Below the pieces are notes generated by a model. It saw only the letters and a program-made list of their open reading frames with translations. It searched no databases and was not told the DNA's origin. Source: Caldalkalibacillus uzonensis (GTDB lineage: Bacteria > Bacillota > Bacilli > Caldalkalibacillales > Caldalkalibacillaceae). From it: DNA of 24,000 nt. The translations under genes were made by a program, and so were the position numbers. The stretch covers positions 152,014 through 176,013 of the forward strand of contig NZ_JAUSUQ010000008.1 of the NCBI RefSeq assembly GCF_030814135.1, in the 5' to 3' direction. How positions within the stretch are numbered: the stretch's first letter is position 1; the number at the start of each line of letters is the position of its first letter. Below are positions 10,182 through 16,950 of the stretch, piece after piece.

Positions 10182-10271
10182 AAGTATCACTCCCCCTTAC
10201 CAGTCGTTTGTATTAAAATAAGGTTTAAGGAACAAAACATCAGTAAAAGCAGGCTGTGTCAGTTTGGACCC

Positions 10272-11030
10272 TCAAGGGGCACGTTGGGCGGCAGAAGTAT
10301 CTTTCCATATATACTGACCTTTGGTATACACAACCGCAGATTGGCCCCGGCAGTAGCCAATGAGATCGATTGAGATCTCCATCCCCAGCGCCACAGCCAG
10401 GTTGGTGGCCGCTGTTCTTGAAGCGGCAATACCAATGCCGAATTTGGCTACTTTGGCACACATCTCAAAGGAGATACGTCCGGTAGTCAGCATGATCAAT
10501 TCAGGTCCTGGCAACCCTTTCTTCAATGCTGCCCCTATGGCCTTATCCACGGCGTTGTGGCGGCCGATATCTTCCCGGACGATAAGCTCCCCGTCAGGTT
10601 GGATAATGGCAGCGGCATGCATGCCGCCTGTTTTCAGATAGAGGGGGGTCTGTTTAGCGAATGCTTTCATTTTCTCCCTTATATAGGACAAGGGAACAGT
10701 GATATTTGACTTTATCTTTTTAAACTGCCCCACTTCTTTAAGGGAACGGAAGGTGACTCCCCGCCCGCATCCGGCAGTCAAAATGCGCCTCCGTTTCAAA
10801 AATTGCTCCATATCAAACCGCTCTGATTCCACTTCAGTAAAAATATTACCCCGGTATGGATCAAACCGGATTTCTTTAATCTCTTCAACAGAGTCAATTA
10901 TCCCCTCAGCAAATAAATAGCCTGTTGCCCAATCCTGAAGGTCCACCTCAGTCAGCTGTATGGTTAGGAGCTCTTTGCCATTCAGGTAAAGGGTAACAGG
11001 ATATTCCTCTGGACAGCTTTTATACAGCAT
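10272..11030 (-). CDS. fdhD: Formate dehydrogenase accessory sulfurtransferase FdhD
   Basis: FdhD family motifs are present: GGMHAAA, EDIGRHNAVDKAIG and TTGRISFEM. It is the first gene of the minus-strand FDH cluster. Confidence 0.85.
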   Translation of the reverse strand: MLYKSCPEEYPVTLYLNGKELLTIQLTEVDLQDWATGYLFAEGIIDSVEEIKEIRFDPYRGNIFTEVESERFDMEQFLKRRRILTAGCGRGVTFRSLKEVGQFKKIKSNITVPLSYIREKMKAFAKQTPLYLKTGGMHAAAIIQPDGELIVREDIGRHNAVDKAIGAALKKGLPGPELIMLTTGRISFEMCAKVAKFGIGIAASRTAATNLAVALGMEISIDLIGYCRGQSAVVYTKGQYIWKDTSAAQRAP

Positions 11031-11192
11031 TCAACCTCCCCCTTAAGGTTTTTGTGCTCTGCTCCTCATCTAGGTCTGCTTCAATTTAAATATTTTTAAT
11101 TTTAGATATATTCGCGGATTGCAAATAATATCATCTTAAAAAGTACATTTTCTCAGAAAAAATAATTTTAATAGAAAAATATAGAAAAAGAG

Positions 11193-11759
11193 GTGAACAA
11201 TTTGATCGAAGCGAAAGGGCGCAAAATTCCTTCCAGACTGGAAAGGTGCCTGTTATGGATTGAGATGTATGGAAACAGTGTAGCCTTCTATATTCTGTTG
11301 GTCATCATCGTAACAGGCGTATGGCAGCTGTTGCCGATTCCGGGACCAGCTTTTATACCAAACGGCAGTTTAGTTGGTTATGTGACCCTCCTCTTGATCG
11401 GGATTTCTGCCCTGCATGGTTTTTTGTGGTGGGTGTTGACCCGGGATTATATCAAACTGCCTGACAAGGTCAAATTAAGTCTTTCTTTGTCCATCCGGCT
11501 GGTCAAGCCCCTGCACATGATCACAGGCATGCTGGGCTTAGGAATGGGCATGGTGCATGGATTTGTTTACCTGGCTGCCGGCTTTAGTTGGAATTTCTCC
11601 ATTATAACGGGTCTTGTAGGATTGGCAGCTCTTGTGCTGTTGACCCTGGACGGTATCGGTTTAATGGTCAGCCAGTTCTTAAGCCGTAAAGCACACCGCT
11701 GGATTGCCTTTGTTTTTCTTGTTTCGGTCGCTGCACATTTGCTGGTTGTTCTGTTCTAA
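11193..11759 (+). CDS. Uncharacterised 5-TM membrane protein with two H-x13-H motifs (candidate b-type cytochrome)
   Basis: The ORF has hydrophobic periodicity, and AAGAGGTG sits at or overlapping the GTG start (TTG 11202 is an alternative). Motifs PLH-MITGMLGLGMGMV-HGF and KAH-RWIAFVFLVSVAA-HLL lie within predicted helices. I recognise no family with confidence. Confidence 0.6.
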   Translation: MNNLIEAKGRKIPSRLERCLLWIEMYGNSVAFYILLVIIVTGVWQLLPIPGPAFIPNGSLVGYVTLLLIGISALHGFLWWVLTRDYIKLPDKVKLSLSLSIRLVKPLHMITGMLGLGMGMVHGFVYLAAGFSWNFSIITGLVGLAALVLLTLDGIGLMVSQFLSRKAHRWIAFVFLVSVAAHLLVVLF

Positions 11760-11790
11760 TCGTCTGTTCGGCGGTTTGCATACAAAAGGT

Positions 11791-11825
11791 AAACAGTAGC
11801 CCAAGCAGTATTCGGGCTACTGTTT
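11791..11825. terminator. Bidirectional intrinsic terminator between the 188-aa membrane protein gene and tatA copy 2
   Basis: AAACAGTAGCCC (11791-11802) pairs perfectly over 12 bp with GGGCTACTGTTT (11814-11825). The A and T runs form part of the arms. The hairpin overlaps the tatA2 stop codon. Confidence 0.6.
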
Positions 11826-11996
11826 GTCATGATTGGAATCCATGACTTCTTTGGTCGAATTGCGAAACTCTTTTAAGGTTTGACCGATGGCTTTACCAAG
11901 TTCAGGCAACTTACTTGGGCCGAATAACAGAAGCAGAATAACAATGATGAGAATCAAACCTGGAATACCGATGTTATAAATGCTTCCCAAGGACAT
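11817..11996 (-). CDS. tatA: Twin-arginine translocase subunit TatA/E family (copy 2, TatAd-like); 59 aa, absent from the supplied ORF track
   Basis: My own translation of the minus strand gives [59 protein letters not shown]. It closely resembles B. subtilis TatAd ([11 protein letters not shown]...FGPSKLPE). GGAGGGG lies immediately upstream of the ATG. Confidence 0.8.
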   Translation of the reverse strand: MSLGSIYNIGIPGLILIIVILLLLFGPSKLPELGKAIGQTLKEFRNSTKEVMDSNHDKQ

Positions 11997-12077
11997 TCCC
12001 CTCCACTTTACAGATACTAATATATATGTTCTGAGTAAAAAATTATAAGCATCAATTTCACTGTCCCCAAAACAAGT

Positions 12078-12107
12078 TTCGCAAAATGGCCGGTATCATG
12101 CTATAAT
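12078..12107 (+). promoter_or_regulatory. Candidate sigma-A promoter for the HIT gene
   Basis: TTCGCA, then 18 nt, then TATAAT with an extended -10 TG (TGCTATAAT). Confidence 0.35.
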
Positions 12108-12134
12108 TATAAAAAAAGGTTAGGAGTGGGAACG

Positions 12135-12458
12135 ATGAGCGAGACGATTTTCAGTAAAATCATCCGCCGTGAAGCACCAGCCAAGATTGTGCATGAAGAT
12201 GAGCTGACGATGGCTTTTTATGACATCAACCCCAAAGCGCCCATACATATTCTGATTGTTCCGAAAAAGCCAATCCCTACTTTGGCTGATGTGACGGAAG
12301 AAGATCTGCCTTTAATCAGCCACATTCACAAGGTGGCGCAAACTCTAGCTAAGGCCAATGAATGTGAGGGCTGGCGTCTGGTCGTTAATGTTGGCGAAAA
12401 GGGCGGGCAGGAAGTGTTCCATCTTCATTATCACTTGCTGGGCTGGCCAAAAGCATAA
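12135..12458 (+). CDS. Histidine triad (HIT) nucleotide-binding protein
   Basis: The start MSETIFSKIIRRE and the HLHYHLLG histidine-triad motif are present. I preferred ATG 12135, after AGGAG, over the track GTG at 12126. Confidence 0.85.
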   Translation: MSETIFSKIIRREAPAKIVHEDELTMAFYDINPKAPIHILIVPKKPIPTLADVTEEDLPLISHIHKVAQTLAKANECEGWRLVVNVGEKGGQEVFHLHYHLLGWPKA

Positions 12459-12475
12459 CAATACCGCTGGAATGA

Positions 12476-12504
12476 TTGACCTTCTTCGGGAGGTATACTA
12501 TAAT
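12476..12504 (+). promoter_or_regulatory. Near-consensus sigma-A promoter upstream of rpsU
   Basis: TTGACC (12476-12481), a spacer of exactly 17 nt, then TATAAT (12499-12504). Confidence 0.6.
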
Positions 12505-12610
12505 AATGTGTGACCTATCAGGACTTCTTCTTTCCTTTTAGCGTATGTATAAAGTACTAAAAGGCATGTGAGATTGAAGTCCTCCTACCGTGCTGCGGAG
12601 GGAGGGAAAG
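12505..12610 (+). promoter_or_regulatory. Structured 5' leader of rpsU (nested helices plus a possible anti-SD pairing)
   Basis: AGGACTTC (12520-12527) pairs with GAAGTCCT (12576-12583). CCTTTTAG (12534-12541) pairs with CTAAAAGG (12557-12564). CCTCC (12581-12585) could pair with GGAGG (12597-12601) in the SD region. Confidence 0.35.
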
Positions 12611-12787
12611 ATGTTGACTCAGGTACGCGTCCGCAAAAACGAATCCATTGACGATGCATTGCGTCGGTTCAGACGTACATGCTCTAAAGCTGGCGTGATT
12701 TCCGAAGTGCGTAAGCGTGAGTTTTATGAAAAACCAAGCGTCAAGCGCAAAAAGAAATCCGAAGCGGCTCGCAAACGTAAATTCTAG
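12611..12787 (+). CDS. rpsU: 30S ribosomal protein S21
   Basis: [29 protein letters not shown]...[19 protein letters not shown] is near-identical in pattern to Bacillus S21. ATG 12611 follows GGAGGGAGGG. Confidence 0.9.
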   Translation: MLTQVRVRKNESIDDALRRFRRTCSKAGVISEVRKREFYEKPSVKRKKKSEAARKRKF

Positions 12788-12799
12788 GGGGTTTTTTGC

Positions 12800-13246
12800 A
12801 TGTCCTTAGCTGAACAATTAAATAGCGATATGAAGCAAGCGATGAAAAATAAGGAAAAGACCAGGTTATCGGTGATCCGCATGGTTAAAGCTGCGCTAAA
12901 AAATGAAGAGATTAAACTAGGGAGAGCTTTAACCGATGAGGATGTGTTAACCGTTCTCTCCCGTGAGATGAAACAGCGCAAAGAATCCCTCCAAGAGTTT
13001 GAAAAAGCGGGACGCGATGATTTGGTTGAAACATTAAAAGAAGAAATCTCTGTTTTGGAGACGTACCTGCCTGAGCAAATGTCAGAAGATGAACTGCGAC
13101 AGCTTGTCTCTGATACGATTACTGAAGTCGGCGCCGTCTCTAAAGCAGATATGGGTAAAGTCATGGGTGCCATTATGCCTAAAGTGAAAGGCAAGGCAGA
13201 TGGTGCACTGGTTAACCGTTTGGTTCAGGAAGCTTTATCCCGGTAA
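12800..13246 (+). CDS. yqeY: GatB/YqeY domain protein
   Basis: The start [38 protein letters not shown] is a typical YqeY N-terminus, and the gene lies immediately downstream of rpsU. Confidence 0.85.
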   Translation: MSLAEQLNSDMKQAMKNKEKTRLSVIRMVKAALKNEEIKLGRALTDEDVLTVLSREMKQRKESLQEFEKAGRDDLVETLKEEISVLETYLPEQMSEDELRQLVSDTITEVGAVSKADMGKVMGAIMPKVKGKADGALVNRLVQEALSR

Positions 13247-13298
13247 TCGTCTATTGTTTCCCTCAAATCTCCATTACGGAGTTTATATTAAAATTTAA

Positions 13299-13332
13299 AG
13301 CGTCTTACTTTCATAAGTAAGGCGCTTTTATT
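13299..13332 (+). terminator. Intrinsic terminator after yqeY
   Basis: AGCGTCTTACTT pairs with AAGTAAGGCGCT (one G-U pair) around a TCAT loop, followed by TTTTATT. Confidence 0.6.
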
Positions 13333-13392
13333 ACGCCCTGATTTTGGTATAATAAAATAAGCGGTTAATAATGGAAAGCAGGGAGAATTGAC

Positions 13393-14751
13393 ATGATGGT
13401 TAAGGGTCGGAATATACGGTATCCTGCAGGTGCCTGGGTGACATTGTTTATGATTCTATGTACATTTGCTCCCCTTGTATTTGTTCCCATGCAGGTACTG
13501 GCTCAAGATGACGGTCTGGTCTATGTGGTGGAAGTGAGCGATGTGGTGGAGAAGGGCTTGTTGGCCTATATGGAGCGGGCCTTCAGGGAAGCAGAGGAAG
13601 CGGGTGCTGACCATATCATCTTGCAGCTACATACACCGGGTGGAGAGGTAGATGCAGCTGAAGAGATTGGTAATCTGATTCAGTTTTCTTCCATACCTGT
13701 TACTGCTTTCATTAACACGAATGCAACATCAGCAGGGGCATTTATCGCGCTTAACGCAGATCAGATTGTGATGGCACCAACAGGAACCATGGGCTCGGCC
13801 CAAGTGGTTCATCTGGAAGGGCAAGCTGCCGATGAAAAAGCTCAGTCCCATTGGAAAAGCCGCATGGCAGGAGCAGCCACAGCTGGTGGACGGGATCCCA
13901 TCTATGCCATCGCCATGGTGGACCCCAGTGTAGAAATAGAAGGCCTGGTCACAGATGAACAACTGTTAAACTTCACTGCTGACCAAGCATTGGAACATGG
14001 CTATGCGGAAGGCATTGCAAACAATTTACAAGAAGTATTGCAATTTATAGAGCTTGAAAATGCCACGGTGGTGGAAGTGGAAATCACCTGGGCCGAACGA
14101 TTGGCCCGCTTTATCACGCATCCGATTGTGGCTTCCATTCTCTTGTCAGTGGCCAGTCTGGGTCTGATTTTGGAACTCTACAGCCCTGGGTTCGGCGTTC
14201 CCGGGATTTTAGGCATTTCAGCCTTGCTGTTGTTTTTCTTCGGCCATCTGGTAGCGGGGTTTGCCGGTATGGAAGCAGTGCTGTTGTTTATAGCCGGATT
14301 AATTTTAATTATCATTGAATTATTTATGCCGGGATTTGGTATATTTGGTATACTGGGTATTGTGGCCGTGGGGGCCAGCTTAACCCTGGCCAGTGAAAAT
14401 GTGATCATTGGCCTGCAAAATATTGGTATTGCTCTGTTATTAACCATCATAGTGGCTGCTGTTTTAAGTCGTTATTTGCACATCAAAGGCGTGTGGTCAC
14501 GTCTGGTGTTGCAAGAGGGCTTATCCACAGAGGAAGGTCGGGCTGTTTTTGAGCAAAAGTCTGCCCTAGTGGGAAAAACGGGTATTGCTTTAACCAAACT
14601 GCGTCCATCAGGAGCGGTAAGAATCGATGGCCAGCGCTATGATGTTGTCAGCGATGGCACCGTCATTGAACAGGGGGCTAAAGTGGAAGTGATTAAGGTT
14701 GAAGGGCCCAGAATTGTGGTCAGGGAGCTGGATAATGAGGATGGTGTCTAA
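13393..14751 (+). CDS. NfeD-family membrane-bound ClpP-class serine protease (YqeZ-like)
   Basis: It has an N-terminal signal or TM segment, a ClpP-like domain (LHTPGGEV, TSAGAFIAL), a central block of TM helices and a C-terminal NfeD OB-fold tail (GAVRIDGQRYDVVSDG). It precedes floA, as in B. subtilis. Confidence 0.85.
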   Translation: MMVKGRNIRYPAGAWVTLFMILCTFAPLVFVPMQVLAQDDGLVYVVEVSDVVEKGLLAYMERAFREAEEAGADHIILQLHTPGGEVDAAEEIGNLIQFSSIPVTAFINTNATSAGAFIALNADQIVMAPTGTMGSAQVVHLEGQAADEKAQSHWKSRMAGAATAGGRDPIYAIAMVDPSVEIEGLVTDEQLLNFTADQALEHGYAEGIANNLQEVLQFIELENATVVEVEITWAERLARFITHPIVASILLSVASLGLILELYSPGFGVPGILGISALLLFFFGHLVAGFAGMEAVLLFIAGLILIIIELFMPGFGIFGILGIVAVGASLTLASENVIIGLQNIGIALLLTIIVAAVLSRYLHIKGVWSRLVLQEGLSTEEGRAVFEQKSALVGKTGIALTKLRPSGAVRIDGQRYDVVSDGTVIEQGAKVEVIKVEGPRIVVRELDNEDGV

Positions 14752-14844
14752 GGTCATTGTCTCAGGCTCAGCCGGGATAATCAATCATGGTAATAAGGGA
14801 GTTTCCCTTAGCATTATACACATTAACATGTAAGGAGGATGACC

Positions 14845-15849
14845 ATGGAAGCAGAAGCGATTATGCTCATACTGATTATCGCCTTGGCGATTATTGCCTT
14901 TTCCGTCTTTTTCACCTTTGTGCCTGTGATGCTCTGGATTTCCGCCTTAGCTGCAGGTGTGCGCGTACCCATCTTTACCTTGGTGGGGATGCGTTTTCGC
15001 CGGGTTATTCCTGCCCGTGTCATCAACCCGTTAGTTAAAGCACGCAAAGCCGGGCTGGATTTAAGCATTAACCAACTGGAAAGCCACTACTTAGCCGGGG
15101 GGAATGTAGACCGCGTGGTTAACGCATTGATTGCGGCTCATCGGGCCAACATTGATCTGAGCTTTGAACGTTGTGCCGCCATTGACCTTGCTGGCCGTGA
15201 CGTTTTGGAAGCGGTGCAAATGAGCGTTAACCCTAAAGTGATTGAAACCCCATATATTGCCGGTGTGGCTATGGATGGGATCGAAGTGAAAGCGAAAGCC
15301 AGAATTACTGTCCGCGCCAACATCGACCGTCTGGTGGGTGGTGCCGGTGAAGATACGGTGATCGCCCGTGTTGGTGAAGGGATCGTCTCAACGATCGGTT
15401 CGTCTGAGTTGCATAAAGAAGTGCTGGAAAACCCGGACAAAATTTCAACCACAGTGCTGGAGAAAGGGTTGGATGCCGGGACTGCCTTTGAAATACTGTC
15501 TATCGACATTGCTGATGTGGATATCGGCAAAAACATTGGTGCCGAGCTGCAAACAGACCAAGCTGAAGCTGACAAGAAAATTGCTCAGGCCAAAGCGGAA
15601 GAGCGGCGCGCCATGGCGGTGGCCAAAGAGCAAGAGATGCGTGCCCGCGTAGAAGAAATGAGAGCCAAAGTAACAGAAGCGGAGGCCGAAGTGCCCTTGG
15701 CCATGGCCGAAGCTTTGCGCAGCGGCAAGCTAGGTGTGATGGATTACTACAACCTGCAAAACATTATGGCTGATACCGATATGCGTCAATCGATCGGTCG
15801 TGTCACCGAACAAGATGATGACACAGACAAAACTGGCCGGGAAAAATAA
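14845..15849 (+). CDS. floA: Flotillin-like protein FloA (YqfA, SPFH family)
   Basis: [35 protein letters not shown] closely matches the B. subtilis FloA N-terminus. I preferred ATG 14845, 6 nt after AAGGAGG, over ATG 14839, which abuts the SD. Confidence 0.9.
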   Translation: MEAEAIMLILIIALAIIAFSVFFTFVPVMLWISALAAGVRVPIFTLVGMRFRRVIPARVINPLVKARKAGLDLSINQLESHYLAGGNVDRVVNALIAAHRANIDLSFERCAAIDLAGRDVLEAVQMSVNPKVIETPYIAGVAMDGIEVKAKARITVRANIDRLVGGAGEDTVIARVGEGIVSTIGSSELHKEVLENPDKISTTVLEKGLDAGTAFEILSIDIADVDIGKNIGAELQTDQAEADKKIAQAKAEERRAMAVAKEQEMRARVEEMRAKVTEAEAEVPLAMAEALRSGKLGVMDYYNLQNIMADTDMRQSIGRVTEQDDDTDKTGREK

Positions 15850-15929
15850 GGGAGCTAGTTCATCAACCGTTCGAAACAGGTAGAAAAAAACTGGATAAGT
15901 AGAACGGGAGTTAACTGGAGGAATGTCCA

Positions 15930-16502
15930 GTGGATTTCATCGAGTTTATTATGGGTAATTTTATGTTCTTCCTTATTTTGCTGTGGATCTTGTCCAGCTT
16001 GTTTGGACGCCGGGAGCGGGGTAGGAATGAACAGCCGCGCCCTGTGCGCCGCCCACCACAGCAAGAGACCACCTGGGATAGGGAAGAGACCTGGGAGCAT
16101 GATCGCCCTTGGGAAAAGGTGGATGAATCCCAAGGACAGCGGGGGAAAGAACCATGGACAGGGCAGTGGGAAGAACAGCCTGACTTGACGACAATAGAGA
16201 GTGAGCAAAGTGAAACTTATCGCGAGCAGCACCGCTTAAGTGAAAATCAGCGCCGGGCCAAGGAACTGGACCTGTCTGATGCCAAAGTGGCTGCCAATGA
16301 AATTGGCAGCATGGCAGAGGGCCTAGCGGGCCTCAAACCTGAACAGCGCATCAGTCAAGAAGCCAGGGATTGGCTGGACTTTAAACGCATGACAGATAAA
16401 AGTGTGGTCAAAGGCTATATCTGGTCTGAAATCTTTGGCAAGCCCAGAGCAAAGCAGCCGCATGCTTTGTATGCCCGGTACCGGCAGCTGCCGCGCCGTT
16501 GA
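15930..16502 (+). CDS. Hypothetical membrane-anchored, charged Trp-rich protein in the yqfB position
   Basis: GTG 15930 lies 7 nt after GGAGGA. One N-terminal TM helix (FMFFLILLWILSSLF) is followed by a long low-complexity E/R/Q/W-rich region. Its position after nfeD-floA supports it being a real gene. Confidence 0.55.
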   Translation: MDFIEFIMGNFMFFLILLWILSSLFGRRERGRNEQPRPVRRPPQQETTWDREETWEHDRPWEKVDESQGQRGKEPWTGQWEEQPDLTTIESEQSETYREQHRLSENQRRAKELDLSDAKVAANEIGSMAEGLAGLKPEQRISQEARDWLDFKRMTDKSVVKGYIWSEIFGKPRAKQPHALYARYRQLPRR

Positions 16503-16584
16503 CAAAGGCGTAAAACATATGACAAATGGGGTTGTCCCACAGGGTGAATCACCACTCAGGGGGCGGCCCCATTTTCTTTTTGGA

Positions 16585-16615
16585 GTCATACTCTCTTTCC
16601 TGTGTTGCATAACAT
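16585..16615 (+). promoter_or_regulatory. Weak candidate sigma-E-type sporulation promoter for yqfC-yqfD
   Basis: GTCATACT, 15 nt, then CATAACAT. This loosely resembles the mother-cell sigma-E pattern as I remember it (ATA-containing -35, CATACA-T -10). B. subtilis yqfCD is sigma-E dependent. Confidence 0.25.
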
Positions 16616-16638
16616 CAATAAGAGGGGAGGAAGAGCGG

Positions 16639-16929
16639 ATGCGAAAGCTTCATCAGAAGTTGAAGCGCTGGGCAGCTGGTGTACTCGACATACCCCAAGA
16701 TGTCATTCTGGATATGCCTCGCATCACCATGATCGGCCCATTGCAAATGTACGTGGAAAATCATCAGGGAGTATTATTGTTTAATCACAATGAGCTGAGA
16801 CTTCTGTTGAGCAATAAAGGACAATTGCTTGTCCGTGGAGAAAAACTGGTAATCCGCCAAATTTTACCTGAGGAAATATTGCTGGAGGGGCATATTCGAC
16901 ATGTGCAATATCTGGAGCCAGGTCAGTAA
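16639..16929 (+). CDS. yqfC: Sporulation protein YqfC
   Basis: The protein reads MRKLHQKLKRWAAGVLDIPQDVILDMPRITMIGPLQMYVENHQGVLLF. ATG 16639 lies 8 nt after GGGGAGG. I rejected the track's upstream extension from 16402. Confidence 0.85.
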   Translation: MRKLHQKLKRWAAGVLDIPQDVILDMPRITMIGPLQMYVENHQGVLLFNHNELRLLLSNKGQLLVRGEKLVIRQILPEEILLEGHIRHVQYLEPGQ

Positions 16930-16950
16930 TACTCGGGAGGAGGGCCTATA

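Noticed and set aside
9543-10190. The FDH alpha subunit read as a pseudogene or a genuinely split gene
   Set aside because: The break is a single in-frame TGA at the conserved Sec position with a SECIS-like hairpin downstream. Both halves are otherwise intact and in one frame.
11031-11192. The AT-rich fdhD upstream region as a Moco riboswitch or an Fnr/Rex operator
   Set aside because: I could not find the TGTGA-N6-TCACA (Fnr) or TTGTGAA-N4-TTCACAA (Rex) patterns or a recognisable Moco-motif structure. Only an 8-bp ATTTAAAT palindrome is present, which is expected by chance in such AT-rich DNA. The promoter was left uncalled.
3099-12134. The FDH/Tat block as a mobile genomic island
   Set aside because: I could see no integrase, transposase, recombinase, tRNA target, or flanking direct or inverted repeats. 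The two tatA copies are divergent paralogs, not repeat boundaries.
12784-13194. A 136-aa antisense ORF opposite yqeY. Similar long antisense or alternate-frame ORFs occur at 23-347, 2343-3120, 3904-4299, 4296-4779, 5474-6052, 6489-7302, 7619-9344, 9659-10373, 14178-14450, 15138-15652, 15855-16232, 16974-17279, 17734-18093, 18429-18769, 19750-20197, 20965-21183, 21375-21626, 21789-22025 and 22813-23094.
   Set aside because: These are shadow ORFs inside genes with strong family motifs on the other strand or frame. They have low-complexity or Ser/Arg/Cys-rich compositions, no SD sequences and no recognisable domains.
16522-16581. Terminator after the yqfB-position gene
   Set aside because: The local GGGG-CGG-CCCC stem is only 4 bp, and the alternative long-range AAATGGGG/CCCCATTT pairing encloses a large loop. 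This is too weak to call, although a T-rich tract follows.
16402-16638. Upstream 79-aa extension of the yqfC ORF
   Set aside because: It overlaps the end of the yqfB-position gene and the intergenic region. YqfC homology starts at ATG 16639, which has a good SD.
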